From Paraphysomonas bandaiensis (taxonomy: Eukaryota > Protista > Chrysophyceae): 64,000 nt of DNA. The notes below the pieces were generated by a model that did no database searches, was not told the origin of the DNA, and saw only the letters and a program-made list of their open reading frames with translations. Shown here piece after piece: positions 1-12,112 of the stretch. The position numbers and the translations under genes are program-made. Where the stretch lies: assembly GCA_965644295.1 (NCBI GenBank), contig CBFFRP010000151.1, positions 1-64,000 of the forward strand. The letters run 5' to 3'. Every line of letters begins with the position of its first letter. Within the stretch, counting starts at the first letter, position 1.

Positions 1-3000
1 TAACATAACATGCCTATCATCCATATATAACATAACATGCATATCATCCATATATAACATAACATGCATATCATCCATATATAACATAACATGCCTATCA
101 TCCATATATAACATAACATGCATATCATCCATATATAACATAACATGCATATCATCCATATATAACATAACATGCATACCATCCATATATAACATAACAT
201 GCCTATCATCCATATATAACATAACATGCCTATCATCCATATATAACATAACATGCATATCATCCATATATAACATAACATGCATATCATCCATATATAA
301 CATAACATGCATATCATCCATATATAACATAACATGCATATCATCCATATATAACATAACATGCCTATCATCCATATATAACATAACATGCATACCATCC
401 ATATATAACATAACATGCATATCATCCATATATAACATAACATGCATACCATCCATATATAACATAACATGCATATCATCCATATATAACATAACATGCA
501 TATCATCCATATATAACATAACATGCATATCATCCATATATAACATAACATGCATATCATCCATATATAACATAACATGCCTATCATCCATATATAACAT
601 AACATGCATATCATCCATATATAACATAACATGCATATCATCCATATATAACATAACATGCCTATCATCCATATATAACATAACATGCATATCATCCATA
701 TATAACATAACATGCATACCATCCATATATAACATAACATGCATATCATCCATATATAACATAACATGCATACCATCCATATATAACATAACATGCATAT
801 CATCCATATATAACATAACATGCATATCATCCATATATAACATAACATGCATATCATCCATATATAACATAACATGCATATCATCCATATATAACATAAC
901 ATGCATATCATCCATATATAACATAACATGCATATCATCCATATATAACATAACATGCCTATCATCCATATATAACATAACATGCATATCATCCATATAT
1001 AACATAACATGCATATCATCCATATATAACATAACATGCATATCATCCATATATAACATAACATGCATATCATCCATACATAACATAACATGCATATCAT
1101 CCATATATAACATAACATGCATATCATCCATATATAACATAACATGCATATCATCCATATATAACATAACATGCATATCATCCATATATAACATAACATG
1201 CATATCATCCATATATAACATAACATGCATATCATCCATATATAACATAACATGCATATCATCCATATATAACATAACATGCATATCATCCATATATAAC
1301 ATAACATGCATATCATCCATACATAACATAACATGCATATCATCCATATATATAACATAACATGCCTAACACCCATATATAACATAACATGCCTATCATC
1401 CATATATAACATAACATGCATATCATCCATATATAACATAACATGCATATCATCCATATATAACATAACATGCATATCATCCATATATAACATAACATGC
1501 ATATCATCCATATATAACATAACATGCATATCATCCATATATAACATAACATGCATATCATCCATATATAACATAACATGCCTATCATCCATATATAACA
1601 TAACATGCATATCATCCATATATAACATAACATGCATATCATCCATATATAACATAACATGCATATCATCCATATATAACATAACATGCATATCATCCAT
1701 ATATAACATAACATGCATATCATCCATATATAACACAACATGCATATCATCCATATATAACATAACATGCATATCATCCATATATAACATAACATGCATA
1801 TCATCCATATATAACATAACATGCATATCATCCATATATAACATAACATGCATATCATCCATATATAACATAACATGCATATCATCCATATATAACATAA
1901 CATGCATATCATCCATATATAACACAACATGCATATCATCCATATATAACATAACATGCATATCATCCATATATAACATAACATGCATATCATCCATATA
2001 TAACATAACATGCATATCATCCATATATAACATAACATGCATATCATCCATACATAACATAACATGCATATCATCCATATATAACATAACATGCATATCA
2101 TCCATATATAACATAACATGCATATCATCCATATATAACATAACATGCATATCATCCATATATAACACAACATGCATATCATCCATATATAACATAACAT
2201 GCATATCATCCATATATAACATAACATGCATATCATCCATATATAACATAACATGCATATCATCCATATATAACATAACATGCATATCATCCATACATAA
2301 CATAACATGCATATCATCCATATATAACATAACATGCATATCATCCATATATAACATAACATGCATATCATCCATATATAACACAACATGCATATCATCC
2401 ATATATAACATAACATGCATATCATCCATATATAACATAACATGCATATCATCCATATATAACATAACATGCATATCATCCATATATAACATAACATGCC
2501 TATCATCCATATATAACATAACATGCCTATCATCCATATATAACATAACATGCATATCATCCATATATAACATAACATGCATATCATCCATATATAACAT
2601 AACATGCATATCATCCATATATAACATAACATGCATATCATCCATATATAACACAACATGCATATCATCCATATATAACATAACATGCATATCATCCATA
2701 TATAACATAACATGCATATCATCCATATATAACATAACATGCATATCATCCATACATAACATAACATGCATATCATCCATATATAACATAACATGCATAT
2801 CATCCATATATAACATAACATGCATATCATCCATATATAACACAACATGCATATCATCCATATATAACATAACATGCATATCATCCATATATAACATAAC
2901 ATGCATATCATCCATATATAACATAACATGCATATCATCCATACATAACATAACATGCATATCATCCATATATAACATAACATGCATATCATCCATACAT

Positions 3001-4203
3001 AACATAACATGCATATCATCCATATATAACATAACATGCATATCATCCATACATAACATAACATGCATATCATCCATATATAACATAACATGCATATCAT
3101 CCATATATAACATAACATGCATATCATCCATATATAACATAACATGCCTATCATCCATATATAACATAACATGCCTATCATCCATATATAACATAACATG
3201 CATATCATCCATATATAACATAACATGCATATCATCCATATATAACATAACATGCATATCATCCATATATAACATAACATGCATATCATCCATATATAAC
3301 ACAACATGCATATCATCCATATATAACATAACATGCATATCATCCATATATAACATAACATGCATATCATCCATATATAACATAACATGCATATCATCCA
3401 TACATAACATAACATGCATATCATCCATATATAACATAACATGCATATCATCCATATATAACATAACATGCATATCATCCATATATAACACAACATGCAT
3501 ATCATCCATATATAACATAACATGCATATCATCCATATATAACATAACATGCATATCATCCATATATAACATAACATGCATATCATCCATACATAACATA
3601 ACATGCCTATCATCCATATATAACATAACATGCATATCATCCATACATAACATAACATGCATATCATCCATATATAACATAACATGCATATCATCCATAC
3701 ATAACATAACATGCCTATCATCCATACATAACATAACATGCATATCATCCATATATAACATAACATGCCTATCATCCATATATAACATAACATGCCTATC
3801 ATCCCTATATAACATAACATGCCTATCATCCATACATAACATAACATGCATATCATCCATATATAACATAACATGCCTATCATCCATATATAACATAACA
3901 TGCATATCATCCATATATAACATAACATGCCTATCATCCATATATAACATAACATGCATATCATCCATATATAACATAACATGCCTATCATCCATACATA
4001 ACATAACATGCATATCATCCATATATAACATAACATGCCTATCATCCATATATAACATAACATGCATATCATCCATATATAACACAACATGCATATCATC
4101 CATATATAACATAACATGCATATCATCCATATATAACATAACATGCATATCATCCATATATAACATAACATGCATATCATCCATACATAACATAACATGC
4201 CTA
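1..4203. repeat. 27-bp minisatellite (TAACATAACATGCATATCATCCATATA)n, about 155 copies visible, continues beyond window start
   Basis: Direct tandem repeat with 9-aa periodicity in both strand translations; few variant positions (GCCT, GCATACC, CACAAC, ATACAT); one 2-bp slip near 1350. Confidence 0.98.
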
Positions 4204-4234
4204 TCTATACGGCTGTTGATAGATATATACGTAC

Positions 4235-4366
4235 ATGGAGTAGTCTGGATGTGAGTGTTGTGATGCGATTATATTCGGAATCATTTTGAGTTGTATCAAT
4301 TACATCACATTGTAGTAATGTTTGTATCCTTTGAGCTTCATTGAGATGAGAGTCTTTAGTTTTCAT
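4235..4366 (-). CDS. First exon of a GAF-domain sensor protein (rest of gene lies beyond window start, across the minisatellite intron)
   Basis: Manual translation MKTKDSHLNEAQRIQTLLQCDVIDTTQNDSEYNRITTLTSRLLH matches the 'E..RL..L....ILDT..e..fdriT.La.rl' entry into GAF domains; followed by a GTACGT donor at 4234. Confidence 0.7.
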
Positions 4367-4451
4367 GGTGTTAATATATACAAGTGAGCATAGAGGTGAA
4401 GTATGTTTATATATATGTATGTGTGTATATATGTGTGTGTGTATGTATATA

Positions 4452-4493
<42 letters not shown>

Positions 4494-4498
<5 letters not shown>

Positions 4499-4624
4499 CG
4501 GTAGTCAGCATCTTCTTTTTCGGAAATATATTGAAGCAAAAAGCTTCCATAGTACTGCAGTACAACTACGGCTAGAATACAGATAATTATTGTCTCAATA
4601 TTAGAGGCATCTTCGAACAAAAAT
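4494..4624 (-). mobile_element. 151-bp module/MITE family A, copy 1 (5'-truncated)
   Basis: Reverse complement contains GATGCCTCTAATATTGAGACAATAATTATCTGTATTCTAGCCGTAGTTGTA...GACTACCGATAC, as in the other six copies. Confidence 0.9.
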
Positions 4625-5019
4625 TGAGTATGTATGTATGTATGTGTACGCATATATATAGATCTGTACGTATGTATGTATATAACGCTCTGAAGTGAGT
4701 AAAAGACGATGTTAGATTTTTCACTGACGATGTACTTCTATAGAGGGATTTACATAAGTACATGGAGGTGTATGTAGAGGTACAGTGAGGGTTGTTGGTA
4801 CCTACATGTACATATACAGAATGCAGAGGTACAGAAGTACAGTACGAAGGTACATGACCTCTGTGTGTATGTATGTATGTGTATATGAGTTACATACCGT
4901 ACTGCTTCATATACCACACACAACTCTCAACCTCTTCATCCAATCAAAACAGATTATAGTATAAAGTAGCATTCTCATTGGTGTATATCTCTCTCAATAA
5001 TTATCCACTCCAACCATCT

Positions 5020-5121
5020 GAATGCATTAAGAGAAGAAGATGAATGCATAAAGAGAAGAAGATGAATGCATTAAGAGAAGAAGATGAATGCATTAAGAGA
5101 TGAAGATGAATGCATTAAGAG
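5020..5121. repeat. 22-bp tandem repeat GAATGCATTAAGAGAAGAAGAT, about 4.5 copies
   Basis: Seen directly. Confidence 0.9.
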
Positions 5122-5940
5122 TGAGGAAGGAAAAACTTTTGATTCTCAACATAAGAAATCATGAGATCAGCTTCACGTAAAGCTGCCCTGATCTGTTGGC
5201 ATCTCAGCCTTCGTGCTGCTTGCATGCTGAGCCCAGTGGACCATCCTGCTTATCCTTGACATTATCTGCATTCCCATTTCTGATGACCATCATCAAAGTC
5301 CTCGAGTTGAGTAGAAACACCCTTGAAATGGATTCTGGTGTGAAGTTGTCAGACACCTCTAGACTATGATACACACACTCTGATGATATAATCGACTGAG
5401 TATGATATTTATATGACCAAAACTCTAAATATCCAGGTTTTTGACTGCAGTAAAAAGTAAAAAGCCCTGATAATACCATACCCATTCCGGTGCACGTCCA
5501 GTTCGTAGTGAACTTCAAATCCTGCAGTATCCTGTAAGGCAAGGATCGGTAAGAGCATGATTGCTATTAGGATTCATCTTAATACAAGATAGTATGTGTG
5601 AATTATGATGTTCAATGAAATATATCATGAACTGAATTAATGGTTGTATGTGGAAGATACTTGATCGTCATATCGTCATCGTAATGATCATCATTGTCAG
5701 TAATACTTCTAACTATTCCGTTGTGTATGATAGTTGTGTTCCACATTACTGTGTTCATCACTTTATGCTCTAGTAGTCACAACGTTCTTCTTACTATTTC
5801 TAAGCTAAAATCTGCATTATTGCCAAACTACTTAGAGATAACCTCAACAGTGTGCAAAGATATATAAAAGACAAATCCTTATTATATTACAATACACATA
5901 CTCTTCCTACTTCCTATATTTCCGCTTTCCACTATATCTA

Positions 5941-7626
5941 CTATGGTTCTTCCTCTGGCATATACTTCACAAATACCCACTCAGCTAATCTAAACACATA
6001 TTGCTTTATAGATAGCGGTAGAGTCGTATCTATAGAATGCAGTAGTTTCATAGACATATAAAGTGATGTATTTGTGTGTGTAGAAACTTCAATAATTCCC
6101 ATATGTTGGAATACAGGTAATACGTAGCTTAAGAATACGGTCGGAGGGGACATTAATGGGACTGCTACACGACCTTCTACATAATGCCTGTGAGGATATG
6201 GTGATCCGAGAGCATGTATGACACTATTCGTTACAGCTGCATTAACACTCGGCTGCAATACGCAGAGATAAGATGTCAGGAACAGATTATACGTATAGTG
6301 TAAGAGTAACTCACTGGTAATGGACGCTTCATCTGTTTGTTCTTAGTCCTCTTTCTGGATGCTCGCCTTTGCTTAGCTCGTCTTTCCTCTTGAACTTCTA
6401 TACTCTCTATCTCTAGTGGGGACGTCTCTGAGAAAAAGTGGTTCACTTGACCTACAGGTACCTCCACGAGAGACACCCTAAATTGGACACAAGATGAAAT
6501 AGCTATATGTTGTACTAGGTCCATACTACAACGAGTGCATACACAACAACCATACATGAAACAGGCGATCCCTCCCAGCCATAAAAAGTCAATCACGTTA
6601 GCATATACGCACCGATTATCTCCTAATTGATGAGAAGCCAGTTCGAAAGCTGTCCTGTCAAACGCACACGCTATTCCGCAGCCCATGTGAACCATACTGC
6701 GCATTAAATATTACGATAAGACAAACAAATCGTTATTACTCATACCGGTGTAGATAATTCTCTGCAGTCAAAGATTTGACGAAAACCACTCGACTATTGC
6801 TTGTGTTCATGTATTCCAGACACGCTTGTAGTATGCGTACTGGTCCCTGAAGGCGTTGCTGGTACTGTTCATGCAAATGTACCACATCCAGATCCATCGC
6901 CTGTCCCGTATTCATCTCCTCCGGATGGTCTATCAGCACTGCACCCACTAGGCTCCGACCCTGCCCCGTTTGCAGCTCCTGCACACGGTACATAGCTGTG
7001 GCTATTTGAGCAGGGTCCGTGAGGTCCAGAAGTACCGTCTCAATGCCTAATATACACGGAAGGTAAGAAGACGATGTTGTATACAAGGACGAGCAGGACA
7101 TATGTATACAAATATTAGCACATCTGGAAACCCATACGCAATAACTCAATACACATCACAGTATAGTAGTGACATGAAACTCTTACAGAAGAATACAAAG
7201 CGACCTCCCTCATAGTATGTTTATCTATCTATTGTATCTCTCTCTCTATATATATATGTATGCACGTAAGTATGTATCTCTCTCTCTATACGTATGTATG
7301 TATCATGTAGTATGGCAGTGTATATGTACGTATGTATGTTATGTATGTATACCTTTAACAGATGAGTACATAAGAGACTTCCTCTCTGCTTCAGAACTCA
7401 CACCCACTAAAACAAGACCACCTGCTTCAACTAATTTGAATGCAATTTCTCTACCAGGACCAGATAATGAGGATACTAATATAATACTATGAGACAAGGC
7501 TCTCGAGGAGTATACAGGCATCTCCATAGGGGTTTGAGGGTGACGGGGAATAACCCCCATTGAAGATAATGCAATAATTACAATAAATATTGCAATTAAA
7601 AGTGTATAGATAGAAATATATGTCAT
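5941..7626 (-). CDS. Membrane-anchored atypical short-chain dehydrogenase/reductase-like protein (multi-exon)
   Basis: Exon 1 (7626-7353): TM anchor plus IILVSSLSGPGREIAFKL (degenerate TGxxxGIG). Exon 2 from 7046: VLLDLTDPAQI...SRVVFV. Last exon: VTNSVIHALGSPYPHRHYVEG, like 17b-HSD/RDH C-termini. Middle exon boundaries not resolved. Confidence 0.7.
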
Positions 7627-7866
7627 ACTTGTTGAGTTTAATGAGTGAGTGATATGTATATATAGATGAGACTGTGTCTTCAGGCAGCTGGCTGCATCAT
7701 ACCACTCTACCTATTTTTGCATACTAACTCTAATTTTGGTATATTTTCATATATTTTCATATATTTTTCTAACTTTCTCCATATTTTCCGCTTTTTTATG
7801 TCCTATCTAAATAGTATAGCATACCTACTGCTGTATGTATATACACTGTATATCGAATATACTGTA

Positions 7867-8017
7867 CGTATCGGCATCGTTTGTATATTTTTGTTCCAAG
7901 ATGCCTCTAATATTGAGACAATAATTATCTGTATTCCAGCCGTAGTTGTATTGAAGTAATATAGAGTATTTCTGCTTCAATTTAATCCCGAAAAATATGA
8001 TGCAGACTGCCGACACG
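7867..8017 (+). mobile_element. 151-bp module/MITE family A, copy 2
   Basis: Termini CGTATCGGCA...TGCCGACACG plus the conserved core. Confidence 0.93.
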
Positions 8018-8316
8018 GATGTATGTATATGTATGTATATGCATATCTCCATACATAGAGTCATGTATGTATATGTATGTGTACAGCAGTATATACACAC
8101 ATATATATATACATATACATATACATCCATCCAGCATACTAACTCCACAACACATACATCCATACATCACCATATCTATCCCTCTCTCATTCTCCCACCT
8201 CATCTCACTCACTCTTTCACTCTCTCTCATCCTCTGTATCTCTGTATCTCTATAGACATACATACATACACACATACACACATACACACACATATATACA
8301 CATACATACACACATA

Positions 8317-9255
8317 ATGTCAGATTTATCACTCTCTTTATCACAAATTGAAGAAGAATTAAATACAATCACATCTCTTGCTAATTCAGGTCAATCATTT
8401 AATGAAAATCGACTTGATGTCCTCTTACAGCTAAGAGAGGACAATGAAGAGTATCAGATACGTCTAAAGGGACAACACATGCAATGGATGAAAGATTGGG
8501 GGGATTTCTGTTATCAATGTTTACTTATAATGCGTGGATATATCCCTCATACAATATTTGAATCATCAATTGAAGATTTAGAGAGAGTGTATCCATTACC
8601 ACTTGCAAGAAGACTGTTTCAGAAGCAGTGTCTGTGGTTGGTAAGAGAAGATAAGAGTGAGATAGCAAGAATGCATGAGTCGGTATTATTTAGTCGGTAT
8701 AATCCTGAAGGACATGACTTGGATGTAGTTGAATTGAGTGCATTATATTGCTGTTTACCGGAAAAATTTTCTAATGACAAGAAAGAGAAGTGGCGCGCAC
8801 GTATCGAGGCTCGAGTTAAAAATATGACGCACCGTATGGAGTCAAATATCTTACCGTTGACTGCGTTACGACATGAATGTTATACTGATGTTGAAGGTGC
8901 TTTCTCTGACTTAGAGTCAGTTCACCGAAGGGAAGTTGTGAGCCACGAAAATGGGAGGAGGAAATCTTTTACCGATGTATGCCAGCGTCATTCACTATTG
9001 AGCAATATCAGGGAAGAACGTGATAAAAATGAAAATGCAGACACACTTGAGCAATTGGAAACTGATCCCAGTTCTTTGCCCCTCTCCGGGGACAAGACCA
9101 CGGAGCCCAAGGTGGATATTGCGTCAAGTACCCCTAATGTTAAAAACTCTGTTGACGAATCTCCTGCTTCAACGCCAACTAATAAGAAGAAAGGCTCTAG
9201 AAATTCTACGAGAAGAGAGAAAGTCAAAAGCCAAATCAGAGTAGCTGATATATAG
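8317..9255 (+). CDS. Hypothetical protein, 312 aa, single exon
   Basis: Clean ORF after a CATA/CACA tract; globular core (LWLVRE...LDVVELSALYCCLPEKF...KWR) and low-complexity tail. Confidence 0.8.
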   Translation: MSDLSLSLSQIEEELNTITSLANSGQSFNENRLDVLLQLREDNEEYQIRLKGQHMQWMKDWGDFCYQCLLIMRGYIPHTIFESSIEDLERVYPLPLARRLFQKQCLWLVREDKSEIARMHESVLFSRYNPEGHDLDVVELSALYCCLPEKFSNDKKEKWRARIEARVKNMTHRMESNILPLTALRHECYTDVEGAFSDLESVHRREVVSHENGRRKSFTDVCQRHSLLSNIREERDKNENADTLEQLETDPSSLPLSGDKTTEPKVDIASSTPNVKNSVDESPASTPTNKKKGSRNSTRREKVKSQIRVADI

Positions 9256-9876
9256 TATTTTAGTTATTCTCCACATTAATGAATGATAAATATATCCCGT
9301 TTTTAGCCTAGTAGTTCATTGTATGAAAGTATTACCAGTATCACGTTGATTTATTCAAGAGTTTTGTGACATTATATTTTGCTGAGGCACCGAGTTCGTC
9401 CTAGCTCCATAGATCACTCGTGTCATGTATAGATCAAGCGATTTAGTTTCGATAACTATAATTCATTATCTCTCTTATGGGTTAGTTGAACAATTAAATA
9501 CTCTAGTATCTAGTTTCCTGTTCTGTATCGTATGTATGTAAAAGTATGTATCTTGAGAGGATGGTACCTACTTATTGCTGGAAAATTACAACTTATTATA
9601 CTAGGTACTAGTTATAGTGAATACTACACTTATTGGAAAAGTTAGATTTTTGATTATTAAATATACAACTACAGGACGATATTACTACGACGTCGTACGT
9701 ATAAAGAATGTCCTCTACCGACAAAGGCAATAGTATACTGCTTACGGTCGCTGCAATCCAGATGATAGATCAGCACGAAGAAATAGTAGTTCTGCTGGAT
9801 GGAAAACTACGACAGTATATCTTCTTTCCGTCAGAGGGCTGTTTATATATACATATGCACATACGTGTATTATTTC

Positions 9877-10157
9877 TGCAGTGGCTTCATTCACATGATC
9901 CTCCTTGTCCATGGGATGAAGAGACATTTTGTGCTTCTGCAAGTGGTGGACACTTGGATATTCTGCAGTGGCTTCGTTCACAGGACCCTCCTTGCCCATG
10001 GAATGAGATGACTTACATTGCTGCTGTTTGTACCGGACACTTGGATATTCTGCATTGGCTTCGTTCACAGGACCCTCCTTGTCCATGGGATGAGATGACT
10101 TGCATTGCTGCTGCTGGAGGCGGACACTTGGATATTCTGCATTGGCTTCATTCATAG
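9877..10157 (+). pseudogene. Ankyrin-repeat fragment, PCPWDE-TC-AA-GGHL-LQWLRSQD type (75-bp units)
   Basis: About 3.5 tandem 25-aa repeats ending in a stop; no convincing 5' part. Confidence 0.75.
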
Positions 10158-11017
10158 AATCTTCCACAGTCATGGGTAGGATTGACAATGGGATGTTCTG
10201 AAGTGTGTTTGTTGAACAATATTGTTCCCTATCCCTGCTGTTCATATGTAATATAGGCTTGTATGCGGGATATGTTCATATTTATATGCAGCAACTTAAG
10301 AAATCGACGGTATTACGTATTTATATACTACAATATATGTAGGAAATAGTAGCAGAAGTATGTTGAATTCATGTTTTAAAAATCAGCAACAGAAAAGATA
10401 TGCTTCTTTCCTTACAGCTTTTAATTGCTCACAAACAGCAAACTCAACATTACTGAAATAAATGATCTTACTTAATAATGTCTTTTAGAGTCCTAGTGAT
10501 GAATACGGCTCATGAAAATTCTTTGCAAAGGATATTAACACATTTGCTCGAAGCATAAGTAGCGCTTTCTTTTCGAGAGAAACAGTTAGAAAGTTTCTCA
10601 AGTCTCTCGATTTCACGCTGTATATATTTCAATACACGCTCTACAATCTTCTCTGCGTATGACACATACAAGTCAGCAGAATCATTATTTTCGCCCGCTT
10701 CAGCCATTGAGTTGCAATTACAATACGTAATATTGACTTGAATCCCATAATAGACGACTATTCGAACATGATAAACGAGTGTCAAAAATCAAATAGCGGA
10801 TATACATGAATATTACGTGAAATGTTTATAGTTTATGTTACTGATAATAATTCTTTCATGAAGGTGCGTACATTGTGTAAAACAATGCAAGTTTAAGGTT
10901 TACGTAGTTCGAAGTTGACTTCACCGATGTATCCAAATTTTAAATATGTATTTTTTGAAAAGGCGATGCTACATAATACATAGAAATTACATAACTGACT
11001 TTGTATGAGACAAGAAG

Positions 11018-11090
11018 CACTAGTGAAATAAAAGTAGTTCATTCGACTGCCATATGGACTTTCATATGAACTGCCTCCATTTCACTAGTG
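11018..11090. mobile_element. Miniature CACTA (EnSpm-type) element, 73 bp
   Basis: 25-bp imperfect TIR CACTAGTGAAAT...ATTTCACTAGTG with identical 3-bp flanks AAG (11015-17 and 11091-93). Confidence 0.8.
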
Positions 11091-11141
11091 AAGTAATCAT
11101 AAAAATGAGGCGTTATATAGTTAATGCCTGATTCTAAATAG

Positions 11142-11236
11142 CAGGGCCTGGTAACCATTAATGGCCTATTTATGGGTGCCCAGTCTCCCCGGTAGTAATA
11201 GTGGCATTACCGATTATTCGAGTAGGGTAGGCCCTG
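11142..11236. mobile_element. Possible degenerate hAT-type MITE
   Basis: Termini CAGGGCCT...AGGCCCTG; 8-bp flanks CTAAATAG and CCACATAG match 6/8. Confidence 0.4.
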
Positions 11237-12112
11237 CCACATAGTAATATACGTGAACGCTGCAGGAGCTATAGAGGGAAAGTACACTCATGCAACAGAG
11301 TTATCGTTACTAGTTCATGATCATCTGTGGTGTGAGCTTTATTTTGCATGGAAACCAATTGGAAGGGATGACCTGGTCTGAATAAAGACCGCGGGCCTCA
11401 TAGATACTAAAGCAAGATATGGTTAAGATTGCGTTACCGTTACATGTGTACATATATACTGTGTACTGCAGTACACTATGGATATATACTCCAGTACGCT
11501 ATGGATATATACTGCAGTACGCTATACATATAGCAGGCAGTGTATATGAACACACATATATACAGCAGTGTATTATCACTTTTACAACGTACAAATTAAA
11601 AAAAAATGAAATTACAAACAGGTTTTTATATTAAACTTGACGAAATTACAATTTTTAGAAATTGTCCAATAAAATAAATATTAGAATTCTTTTTTTTTTC
11701 ACAACAAAAATTTTGTATAGATATAATACGGTATATTCCGTTATGTATTTCACGTCAGGTATTTAGAGAATTGAAAATTTCAATCTTTCCTATCCAATCA
11801 TTATATATTTAATTGGTTAAAACTGATTTTCAGTTTCCACTATCGTTTCAAGATATGGGTAAAAAGGGAAGTCGATATGAAGAAAGTGAGTACGATGAAA
11901 GTACCATATGTGTTCGATGGAATCCCTTCTACTACATACATAATTCTACACCACCACTTCATGTGTATGTGTGTGTATGTATATACATACATATTGATGA
12001 CATGACCATAATTCGAGTCATTCTATATATAAAATTCATTAATAGAAATAGATAGAAGAACATACTATTTCAGTAATATTGATTAATAGAAGTGTTGATA
12101 GAGATTGATCAG

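Noticed and set aside
1-4203. CRISPR array or telomere
   Set aside because: No unique spacers and no G-rich short telomeric unit; simple tandem minisatellite.
1333-4254. 973-aa and 952-aa ORFs
   Set aside because: Stop-free frames of a 27-bp satellite, open on both strands; no coding evidence.
5204-5542. 112-aa minus-strand ORF
   Set aside because: No recognisable motif; possibly a TE remnant; not supportable.
10510-10785. 91-aa minus-strand ORF, and 26215-26523
   Set aside because: Short, no motifs; probably decayed repeats.
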